Below, piece after piece: positions 53,676 to 64,000 of a stretch of DNA of 64,000 nt (positions are counted from its first letter, which is position 1; each line of letters begins with the position of its first letter). A model generated the notes under the pieces. The model made no database searches, was not told the DNA's origin, and saw nothing but the letters and a program-made list of their open reading frames with translations. The stretch comes from the human T2T-CHM13v2.0 reference genome, Homo sapiens. The position numbers and the translations under genes were made by a program. The stretch is from NCBI RefSeq assembly GCF_009914755.1, contig NC_060930.1; one strand, written 5' to 3'.

Positions 53676-53890
53676 ATTTTCTTAAGACTGTCGATATACT
53701 TCTATGTTATTGTTTTAGTTTTTTTTTTAATTGGGAACATTTCCTTGAACATTCACTTAGAGTATCAAAAGAAGTTTTTGTTTGTGGTTGGAAAAAATGT
53801 CTTTAACCTGCCAACAGAATTTAAAATTGCATAAGAAAATGGGTGTTGATGCTGAGAAATGGTGTGTAGGCAGCAGATCTCTTGTTCTGT
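53676..53890 (-). pseudogene. Fossil exon: RGS-like alpha3-alpha5 (RTRDLLPTHHF..CNFKFCWQVKDIF...KKTKTIT*KYIDSLKK)
   Basis: Strong acceptor tttcatcactgttttcag| and donor AAAAT|gtaagt. Contains an F-x-W-Q-V helix-4-like motif and an I-xx-K-Y-I helix-5-like motif; internal frameshift. Confidence 0.65.
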
Positions 53891-54084
53891 CTGAAAACAG
53901 TGATGAAATACAAACAACAAATGTGGAATTACTGTTGCTCTATTTTAGTGTGGGAAAGATAACTTCAGAGTAGGGAGAACAATTTCTGCTGTTTTAATAA
54001 ACTTTTATTATATTTAAGCATGGGATTTAGTTGGCAATCATTATAGGGATAAAACAAAGCTAATTTCTATAAATAGTACTGTAA

Positions 54085-54396
<312 letters not shown>

Positions 54397-54554
54397 GTGT
54401 TTCATTATATTTATGTTGAAATTTAATAGGTATTTATAGCTTGGGTTTCCTTGATTATCTTTAGGTAATTGGTGAACTGTTGGAATTGTCCATAGAATTA
54501 TATTTTCCTCTTGAAACTTTTATGATAGATTAGCATTAACCAGTCTGTCGTTCT

Positions 54555-55200
54555 TGTGGTAAACTAAACATTACGTAAAGTTGACCTTTTTAACTATTTT
54601 TAAGTGGATAGTTAAGTGGCATTAAGTACATTCGTGTTGTTGTACAAACATCACCACTATCCACCTCCAGAACTTTTCCCTCTTCCCAACCTAAAACTCT
54701 GTACTCATTAAACAGTAACTCCCCATTCCCTGCAGCCCCACCATTCTACTCTCTGTCTCTATGAACTTGACTACCCTAGGTACCTCATATAAGTAGAATC
54801 GTATAGTGTTTGTCATTTTGTGACTGGCTTTTTTCAGCTCGCATAATGTTCTCAAGATTTATCCATTGTGTAACATGTCACATTTCATTTTTTAAGGCTG
54901 AATAAGATTCCATTGTACATATATAGTAGTTTGTTTATGCATACATCTGTTGATTGACATTTGGTTTGCTTCCACATTTTGGCTATTGAGAATAATGTTT
55001 GCTGTGATCATTACTATACAAATATCTGTTTAAGTCTCTGGTTTTAGTTCTTTTGTGAATTTCACTAGAAATTGAGGGATTTAACCAGAGATGGCTAGAT
55101 CATATGGTAATTTAATTTTTATTTTGTTTTAGTAGCTGCCACACTGTTTTCCTCAGCAGCTACACACCATTTTACATTCCCACTGTCTGTGGAATTTTGT
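54555..55200 (-). mobile_element. L1MB 3' end
   Basis: ggcattaagtacattc...aggtacctcatataagtagaatc. Confidence 0.85.
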
Positions 55201-55744
55201 GTTGTTTATATTTTTCTTGAGAATCAGTCGTTAGATTTCATTAAACCTCAGAGTGAACTACTGTTCTAGTATTTAGTTCCTAACAGATTCATTTCGATTC
55301 CTATATACTCAATACAACAAGTATTACAGATTCGTTATATTAGGCCTATTTACTTGCTTCCTCATATCACAAAAACTTTCTTGGGTAGATGCAATGCAAG
55401 GCATTACCCTTCACCTTAGTCATATGGGTTAAACAAAATAGGTAACTCCGGAATTAGGCAAAATCTTGTGTGCAGGAATCTTGAAAAACTGTATTATTTT
55501 TCAAGCTCTCCAAAAGATTGAGTTGACAAAAGAAAAAGTAGCATCAAATGTTTTATTTTAGGTCCTTCTGTACTGCAAGAGCAGAAGTAGACCAATGTTA
55601 ATAATTTTGATTTCTCAGATTCACTGAAGAGATGTGGGTCTACAAACACTTTAGGTACTTGGATCAACTATTCTCAACATGAATATGATACTGAATTCAT
55701 TTATGCAAATGATTTTTACAGTAGGTTTGCTGTTATTTACTTCT

Positions 55745-56063
<319 letters not shown>

Positions 56064-56921
56064 TGATCATAGCTGAGCCTTTTGTGAACCTAAACTTTAG
56101 AATAACCATCAAAACAAAATAAATGATAGTAGACATATGACTCTCTTTTCCCTTTCTTCAAACCAATAAATTAACTAAATTAAAAACAGAAATGCAACAA
56201 TATGTTTTGCCCTATATCTTTATAGCACTTTACAATGATTGTATGAAGTTGAGAACAGTAACATGAGATACTATTCAAGATGATTCACCGTACTCTGTTT
56301 CCTCAGGTAAAGAATTTGTATGATATGTTTCAGAAAGATTTTTTAATAAATAAATTTTAGAATTACATATTTTGGGACCAAATTTAAAAATATAATACAA
56401 ACTAGTGGTAACATCTAACATCTAAAGTAATAAGACCACAGTAAATAAAGTTATCTCCCCCAATAGCATGGGTAATGTTCTACCACTGCACCCTGCAGGT
56501 CCTCCTTCCCTTTTCTCTACCCCTTCTCCCCTCCCCTGTGCCCCTACACCTCTCCTTCCCTCCTTCTCTCCTCTCCTATTAAGAATTACTGCTATTCACA
56601 GGACTGGGGCATATCTCAGTGTTGTCTTTGGCAAGGAAAAGTAGTTGAGAACTATTGGTGTGGAAGTATTAAACCGCATTTCAGAAAATGTGGGTTTTGC
56701 TTCTTCAAACTAATTAGCTGAATCACTTGGTCTGCATTTCTTACATGTAAAATGAAAAGGTTGAACTAGACAAATATATGTTTTTAGATTTTTTTTTTCC
56801 AACTTTGATTTTTTTTTTCTTATGATTCTTGAGTCTTAGCAAAACCCAGAATTTGGAAGCCTAACAGATTGTCTGCATAATCTATTTTATATAGTCTCTA
56901 TATTATGTCCACCCTATAATA

Positions 56922-58192
56922 TTAGGTTGGTGTACAAGTAATTGCGGTTTCATACCATGAATTTTAAATCATTATAACTAGGCTCAAACACACCTTTATT
57001 AATCAAAATAGGAACCATTACAATCAATACATTTTTGCCAACGAGAAGTGTGTTTATTCCAGTAGCATAAAAATCTGTGCTTCAGGGTGTGATGAACTCT
57101 TGGAAAACATTTTCTGCATCCTGCTGGTGGTGGAAGCAATTTCACTGCAAACAGTCGTCAAGATACTTAAAGAAGTGGCAGTTGGTTGGCAAGAGGTCGG
57201 GTGAATATGGCGGAGGAGGCAAAACTTCATAGCCCAATTCATTCAACTTTTGAAGCGTTGGTTGTGCGATGTGCGGACGAGTGTTGTTGTGAAGAATTGG
57301 GCCCTTTCTGCTGACCAGTGCCAGCTGCAGGCCTTGCAGTTTTCAGTGCATCTCATTGATTTGCTGAGCAGACTTCTCAGATGTAGTGGTTTCACCAGGA
57401 TTCAGAAAGCTGTAGTGGATCAGACCAGCAGCAGACCACCAGACAGTGACCATGACCTTTTTTTGGTGCAAGTTTGGCTTTGGGAAGTGCTTTGCAGCTT
57501 CTCCTCAGTCCAACCACTGAGCTGCTCCTCATCAGTTGTTGTATACAATCCACTTTTTATCGCACATCACAATCTGATCAAGAAATGGTTTGTTGTTGTT
57601 GCATAGAATAAGAGAAGATGACATTTCAAACAATTTTTTTGATTTCCGGTCAGCTCATGAGGCACCCACTTATCGAGCTTTTTCACCTTTCCAATTTGCT
57701 TCAAATGCTGAATGAACGTAGAATGGTCGACGTTGAGTTCTTCGGCATCTTCTCATGTAGTTGTAAAAGGATCAGCTTCAATGATTGCTCTCAATCGGTC
57801 ATTGTCAACTTCTGATCGCCGGCCAGTACGCTTCTCATCTTCAAGGCTCTCCTCTCCTTTGCAAAACTTATTGAACCACCGCTGCGCTGTCTGTTCATTA
57901 GCAGTTCCTGGGCCAAATGTGTTGTTGATGTTCTGAGTTGTCTCCGCTGCTTTAAGACCCATTTTGAACTCAAATAAGAAGATTTCTCAAATTTACTTTA
58001 TGTCTAACATCATTTCCATTGTCTAAGATAAACATAAACAGCAAGTAATAAGTCATTAGCAAAAAAATATAAGGTGAGAAATGCCCATTAAAATGATTTA
58101 TAACATAACCATATTTATGTAAGAATGTATTCCAATATCAAATGGCAAATTCCAACAATGCAAAAATTGGAATTCCTTTTTCACTTTTCTAA
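56922..58192 (-). mobile_element. Full-length Hsmar1 mariner transposon
   Basis: ITR ttaggttggtgtacaagtaattgcggtt preceded by TA at 56920; degenerate ITR at 58163-58192; transposase remnant inside. Confidence 0.95.
56999..58019 (-). pseudogene. Hsmar1 transposase pseudogene
   Basis: MEMMLD..., KAAETTQNINNTFGPGTANE, VMCDKKW, YSPDLLPTN, ...YFD*; several in-frame stops. Confidence 0.95.
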
Positions 58193-58299
58193 TTTTAAGG
58201 CAGGGACTATCTATTTATCTTGTAAATCTCAAATGATCAAATGAAAAGCATTTTGCAAAGTTGACACCTAGAAAGATTGCAAATTCAAAGCAATTTGTT

Positions 58300-58525
<226 letters not shown>

Positions 58526-59750
58526 GGAAATTGTTCAGATTAAGGAGGATATAAAATTATTTTGGCAAACACCATTTACTTGGTTCTTTGAAGTTCTTAT
58601 TGCCTTTAATAGGTACAGTTTTTATTTAGATGTATAAATTTCAATGGCATATCATAAATAACTTAATGATAATGACATATAATGACATAGTTGAAGGTAA
58701 GAAGTATACCTTAATCCAGTGGCTTTACCACATTTTCCTGTAATTTTCTTGGCTATATCTCCTCTGACTTTTAGTCTGAGGATTAAATGGTCCTGAGTGC
58801 AATTTTGTCTCAATCTCTAAAAGAAAAGGTCACTATTTTAAAAGCAAAGCAGTATTTTCCCCAGAATTCCCAGCACATTTCATTGATACGAATTTTATCT
58901 CAGGCACATTCCTGAATGAATCCCAGTTTCCACGAAAATGCTACATTCTGATTGGCTTAGGTCTGAGTTCCTGATGTATTTATTGGAATACATTTATTGA
59001 AGCATTTATTGGAGAATGAAAAGGTATTTCCCTTTGATTAGCCACGCTCTATTCTAGAACTGGTTCCAGCGTTAGTTTTTTGTGAGCTTTACTGACTGCG
59101 TGAGAGAAGAGTTGATTCCTGAACAAAATCAGTATTCTTTTGGAAAGAGAGTGGGGTTAAGTCCTGAGTAGCAACATGCACTGTAGTTCGCACCTTTTGC
59201 TCCCTAACATTCATACACATCCTTTTCCTATATGTGTTCTTAACTAAAACTTGCTCTTAAACAAACCATCCTCGCCACTTCCCTGAAGAGGGATACTCAA
59301 AGTCTCATTCAATTCCAAGACCAGGATCTTAGATGATACATAGATTATATATCTGGGTGGTATATACTCCTCTCTGTGGGATCTAGTGTAGCTCTTTATG
59401 GTCTTGCAACCTGTAACTAAAAAGTAACTCACCTATGTCTATTCATAATACTGGAGGAAGAACAGGATGATGCAATGAAAAAATCTCATCTTAAAAGGAA
59501 AATAATAGAAAACAACACATATTGGTCATTCTTTCATAATCCAGGAATGGTAAACACCCCCTGTACTTGGTAGGAAGTTAATTTCTTAGCATATTTGATA
59601 GCAAGTGATTTTTAGCTCTGAGAATCTCTCTCCTTTCCTTGTTTTTTAATGCCACATCTGGGGTTGCTTTTAGGAAGGACCATTCATTTCCAGTAGCTCT
59701 CTCTCAGTTAATGCAAGGTTGGGTAGGAGAGATCTCAGGTTGCTTTGGAA

Positions 59751-59912
59751 CAGTGGTTCTCGGCATGGTCCGGAGACCAGAAGCAATAGCATCATTTGAA
59801 CGGCAAATTTTTGGGTGTCAGCACAGACTTCCTGAATGAGAACAGGAAATCCAGCGATCTGTGCTTTGATAAGAACTCCCAGAGCATCTGATGCGTTCTC
59901 TAAGAATCATTG
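59751..59912 (+). mobile_element. MER5A-like MITE within probable MaLR internal sequence (~58780-60800)
   Basis: cagtggttctc ... taagaatcattg TIRs. Confidence 0.6.
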
Positions 59913-60839
59913 ACATAGACATTCAGCAGGTTTTTGTGGTTTCTTTGGAAAATCAGCTCCCTTAAGTGGACTAAGTGGAATATCAGTCTGTTTGTTATGG
60001 TCAGTTCCATTTACGGTGACAATAGCCAGAAACCTTGCCTGGTCATCCTTTCTGCACCTGGGAATTTTTCTATTATAGCGAGAAGCCTCTACCTAAACTT
60101 CAGGACCTTAATTGAAAGGCCAATACCATGTTTTGGCCTCAGCTTGTCCCTTGCCTTTAGGCTACATCTCAGCTGCATTTTCACAATGAACTGTTTTGTC
60201 TTTGTTAGGCAAGAGGATGCTTAGCTGTGCTTGGGAAAGGACAACTGTGGGGGTGGGAGTTAGATGTCCTCTGGGTTCCAATCTCATCTCCTATGGAATT
60301 TCTAACATACCAGCTTCTGTTTTCACGAACCTAAGCTTGGCTTCTGGGATTTGGCCTTTTGTTTGGTTGGTTTATTTTTGTTTTAACCCTATTGGAGTCC
60401 ACATTACCAGACTTTTAGCATTTGGGGGTTATAAAGGCAAAGAGGACCTCTCGTATCAATGCTGTATTTTCTCCCTTCTCTTCTTTCAGACTAAGCTTAT
60501 CTTTATCTAGACTAGAAAAAATAGGCAACACATTTCATCATTGTTAATTTTTCTACCATTTAAGTTTCTTTTAGTTGAAGCAACTATAGTATAATGTTTA
60601 GAGTAGTCATGAAATTTAAGGCATTAGCTTATTGTTTGAGAGTTCTGATGTTACCTTCTCCCACATCGGAGTTAGAAATTGGCATTATGGATGAGGACAG
60701 GAAGCAAAATAGAAAAGGCAAGTCCATTCTCTCTTGTCTAGCCTTTCTGTCTCCCTCTATCACCCCATAGTGCCATAGCTTCACAGGAAACAGCTAGCAA
60801 ACACAAATCCATGGAGTAGTGCTAAGCAATGTGCTATTG

Positions 60840-61165
60840 ACACACTGTGTAGTGTTGATGAAAAAAGCCAGACAAAAAGAGTACGTACTCAATGATTCCA
60901 TTTATATAAAATTATTGAAAACCAATTTATCCTGCATACTAATTTATAGTGAAAGAAAGAACAATAATTTCCTGGGCACTTGGGTAGAGGGTTTAGAGGG
61001 AGAGGTGACAGAGAGACACAAGGAAACCTTTAGGGACAATGGATATGTTCATTATCATGATTGTGGCAATGTTTCACAGATGTATTCATATGTCAACACT
61101 TACCAAATTATACTTTTTAAATATGTACAGTTTATTTTGTGTCAATTTTACCTCAATAAAGCGAA
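60840..61165 (+). mobile_element. L1ME 3'UTR
   Basis: tgattccatttatataaaatt ... atgtacagtttattttgtgtcaattttacctcaataaagc. Confidence 0.8.
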
Positions 61166-61323
61166 GATTATTAAAATAATTATTTATTAAAGTAATACAT
61201 ACTAAGCAATAAACAAGGTACCTCCTTCCCCACAAAAGGAGCCTTTTGAGTCTTCTTAGAATTAGGAAGAGGTAGGTGCAGACATGAAATCTGGCAGTTA
61301 ATTAGCCTGTGTACTGGAACTCC

Positions 61324-61701
61324 TTTGCTTTGCTTTGCTTTGTTTGTCTTGTCTTGTCTTGTCTTGTCTTGTCTTTTGTCTTGTCTTGTCTTGTCTTGTC
61401 TCTTTTCTTTTTTTTTGAGGTAGAGTTTCATTCTTGTCAGCCAGGCTAGAGTGCAGTGGCATGATCTCAGTTTGCTGCAACCTCTGCCTCCTGAATTCAA
61501 GTGATTCTCCTGCCTCATCTTCTCCAGTAGCTGGGATTACAGGCGTGCGCCACCAGGCCCAGCTAATTTTTTTGTATTTTTAGTAGAGCCAGGGTTTTGC
61601 TGTGTTGGCCCAGCTGATCTTGAACTGCTGACCTCAAGTGATCCACCTGCCTCGGCCTCGCAAAGTCCTGGGATTATAGGCATGAGTCACTGCGCCTGGC
61701 C
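61324..61701 (-). mobile_element. AluSx with (TTTGC)n(TTGTC)n tail microsatellite
   Basis: Pentamer arrays 61324-61402; TSD-like ctggaacYccttt. Confidence 0.92.
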
Positions 61702-61958
61702 TGGAACCCCTTTTCAACTTCAGTTTTCATATCTGAAAAATGGAGCTTCTACTACCGGCACCAAGAATCTGCTGGTTGTGCTTATCAAAATGAGATGTAT
61801 ATGAGGGAGCCCTGCTTTGTGTACTTTACATGAACAACTACCCTTTCTCTTCTCCTTCCTTCTCCTGGCTGTTGTAAAAGGGACCCATGGGTTTCTGCTC
61901 CCTCAAGCCTCCTTTTTACTCCCTCCTATGTAGATGAAAAAGGAAAGCAGGAGTGTAC

Positions 61959-62034
61959 CTCCTATGAATAGCCCACACCTGCACTTTTCGATAGTGACTC
62001 GGTAGAGTAACTATTTCATTCACTTGGACATGAC
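61959..62034 (-). pseudogene. Fossil exon: (G)HVQVNEIVTLPSHYRKVQVWAIHRR
   Basis: 76 nt, ttgag|...AGGAG|gtacac, open frame. Its phase-1 start matches a phase-1 donor at 62369. Confidence 0.5.
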
Positions 62035-62368
62035 CTCAAGATTTAGCAGTGGGAAAAGAAAAGCATCGAAGTAAATCAAACTGACGATTATGTTACAAAG
62101 GCTATCTGATTTGCTGAGTTCCAGCCATCATATTACCAAAAATATAATGTTTGCATATTATACAAACATTTTCATTTTTAAAAAAGCAGCACCGTCACTA
62201 AGTTAGTTATATATAAAAATTCAGCGTAAGTTGCAGTTATTCTGTAGCATATTCAGTGGCATTACAGTTGAAAAGAATAGAATCTGGGAATCCAGGTCTT
62301 TCTTATGATTCACTTTTGTCTCTGTCATAGGTTGGCTTTTTAGGGTTATACTCCATGAATATCACCAC

Positions 62369-62597
62369 CTCTTGGGATGGAAGTTCTCAGCTGGCACATT
62401 CCTTGCTCATCTCTGAAATACTGTTCTTTAATGTTCTTATTTAAGTTCTTAAATTGACGTATTTCCTCTGTTGAGATGCATTTTTTCCCTTTTCCATCCA
62501 AATGTTTCTGAAAACAGCACAATTCTTTATAAAGGAATATACATTCCTTTAAATACATCTTGTATTTAATGGGGGTAGTTTTTATCATTCCCTTCTC
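62369..62597 (-). pseudogene. Fossil exon: RGS-like alpha3-alpha5 (KELCCFQKHLDGKGKKCISTEEIRQFKNLNKNIKEQYF)
   Basis: Acceptor cttttctttattggaacag|; frame open for >75 codons (ORF track 62346-62606). Resembles RGS22 KEFERFKKFIKGTLG...DIERLKVL as I recall it. 3' donor uncertain (62369 or 62352). Confidence 0.7.
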
Positions 62598-63193
62598 CTG
62601 TTCCAATAAAGAAAAGAGCTCTCACTGAATTGATAGGGATTCTATCCATCAGTCAAGGAAAAGAGGTGTAATGTGTATGTAGGAGAAGAGGCACTAAACC
62701 ACTGTGCAGCTGAGGTCCGCGTGGGAAAGGTTTCTTCTCATGGATATTTGGGTAGTCGCCTTGATAGCCAGTGGACTGTGTGCTAAGGCCCTACCAGTTC
62801 CCTCATTTTCTCTCTCTGGTAAATGCTACTTTGTCCTGGCCCTGCGTTAGGTAGTAATCTCCAAGTCAAAGATGGGCAGTTGAATTTTACTGAAATTATT
62901 ACAATGTTGATTAAAATTGTTAGCTCTCGAATTTGGAGAATTTGTTGAAGTTAAAATGGTGGGTAATTACATAAATGCTTAGGCACTACTTTTTCATTTC
63001 ACTTTAAAACATGTCATCTCTCTTCCTTATGTGATTGCTCACACCATTATTTGACCCAAACAATTTAAGTTTTTTCCCACACAGGTTAGAAATTTAAGTT
63101 TTATCTGAATTTAGCTTTCTAGTTTCAATGCCCTTGAAATATAAGATTTTTTTTTTCTTTCCCAGGATGTTTTGACTCATGTTAGAACAATAC

Positions 63194-63301
63194 CTTTTAT
63201 CCCAGGCGCCAAAATATGGTACCTGTTACATGTTATAGAATTAGCCTCAACCACTGTTTCCTGTGAGATTTCACCTCAGCAGACGTCAGCCTCCATAACC
63301 A
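63194..63301 (-). pseudogene. Fossil exon candidate: VVMEADVC*GEISQETVVEANSITCNRYHILAPGIK
   Basis: Strong acceptor tattgtttttgttctctcag|, donor AAAG|gtattg, 108 nt, one TGA. No family motif. Confidence 0.35.
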
Positions 63302-63787
63302 CTGAGAGAACAAAAACAATAGTTTTGTTCACTAATACTCCTTTGCTTTTAGAGTATATTTTATGGTCCATTATTCAGGTTTTTTGGTTGGTATATTTTG
63401 CCTGTGGCTTAGTCAGATTTTCAGATTAACCCTTAGGTAAGTCTTTGCTAGAGACCACTTTCCCATAAGTTGACCTTTAGAATATCTGAAAGTACAGATT
63501 TAGTTTTGCTTAGTTTAACAGCAGACGAGTGTTAACTATTAATCTGCAGAAATAAATATTTCTAATACTAGCATAAATTTGGCTTCACTTCAGCATATAA
63601 TAATAATAATAATAATACTTTTTATAAATATATATATGCCTTGTTTTCATTCCTGCAAATTCTAATTCAGTAAATCTGATAAGGGGGCCAGGTATGTGTA
63701 CCTAAAAAGAAAAAACAAAAACAACCTACAACCCCAAAACCAAACAAACCAGACATAGAGAACAGTTAGGGGTGGAGCTGGGAAGAA

Positions 63788-63789
<2 letters not shown>

Positions 63790-63837
<48 letters not shown>

Positions 63838-63945
63838 CTTCTATGTATATGATTTTTATATATGTATACATCTACTTGTATATATGTATACATCTACTTT
63901 TATATATGTATACATCCATTTTTATAGATGTATACATCTACTTTA
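63790..63945. repeat. (TG)~23 followed by degenerate tatatgtatacatctact repeats
   Basis: Seen directly in the sequence. Confidence 0.95.
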
Positions 63946-64000
63946 CATAATTTTAAAACAGTATTTGTTACTGCTTTTTAAACTTTATGGTATATTAGGA

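Noticed and set aside
55340-55700. Possible antisense fossil exon (IxKYLKCL, FRSYLFCL)
   Set aside because: It lies where the YWxPRF helix is expected, but needs several repairs; too degraded to call by eye.
58710-58780. Antisense AG...GT segment LKVRGDIAKKITGK
   Set aside because: Adjacent to probable MaLR sequence; may be repeat-derived.

Overview
Human (or closely related hominoid) genomic DNA inside CDKAL1, a radical-SAM tRNA methylthiotransferase gene on the + strand. The window holds one intact CDKAL1 coding exon (7019-7139, 121 nt, [41 protein letters not shown]; I recall it as exon 8). The rest is intronic, and roughly half is transposon-derived: about 25 Alus, L1, L2, MIR, several solo LTRs, a full-length Cheshire hAT element, a full-length Hsmar1 mariner and a MER75 piggyBac MITE. 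The main unexpected result is on the MINUS strand. The non-repeat gaps contain an ordered series of decayed exon-like segments, many with AG/GT ends and several with matching phases. Their translations repeatedly reproduce RGS-domain helices (for example AFDIAQDKCVK*FSEHFMPRYL, LQTTIISQLFSDSF, IQELLSEKYREVW, HFR*Y, LLLWNS..IQKY) in an order resembling RGS22. I read this as the fossil of a large multi-RGS-domain gene nested antisense in CDKAL1, carrying stops, frameshifts and transposon insertions into its exons (a candidate unitary pseudogene). Protein comparisons and repeat subfamily calls are from memory and by eye; no searches were run, so novelty and subfamilies need database confirmation.
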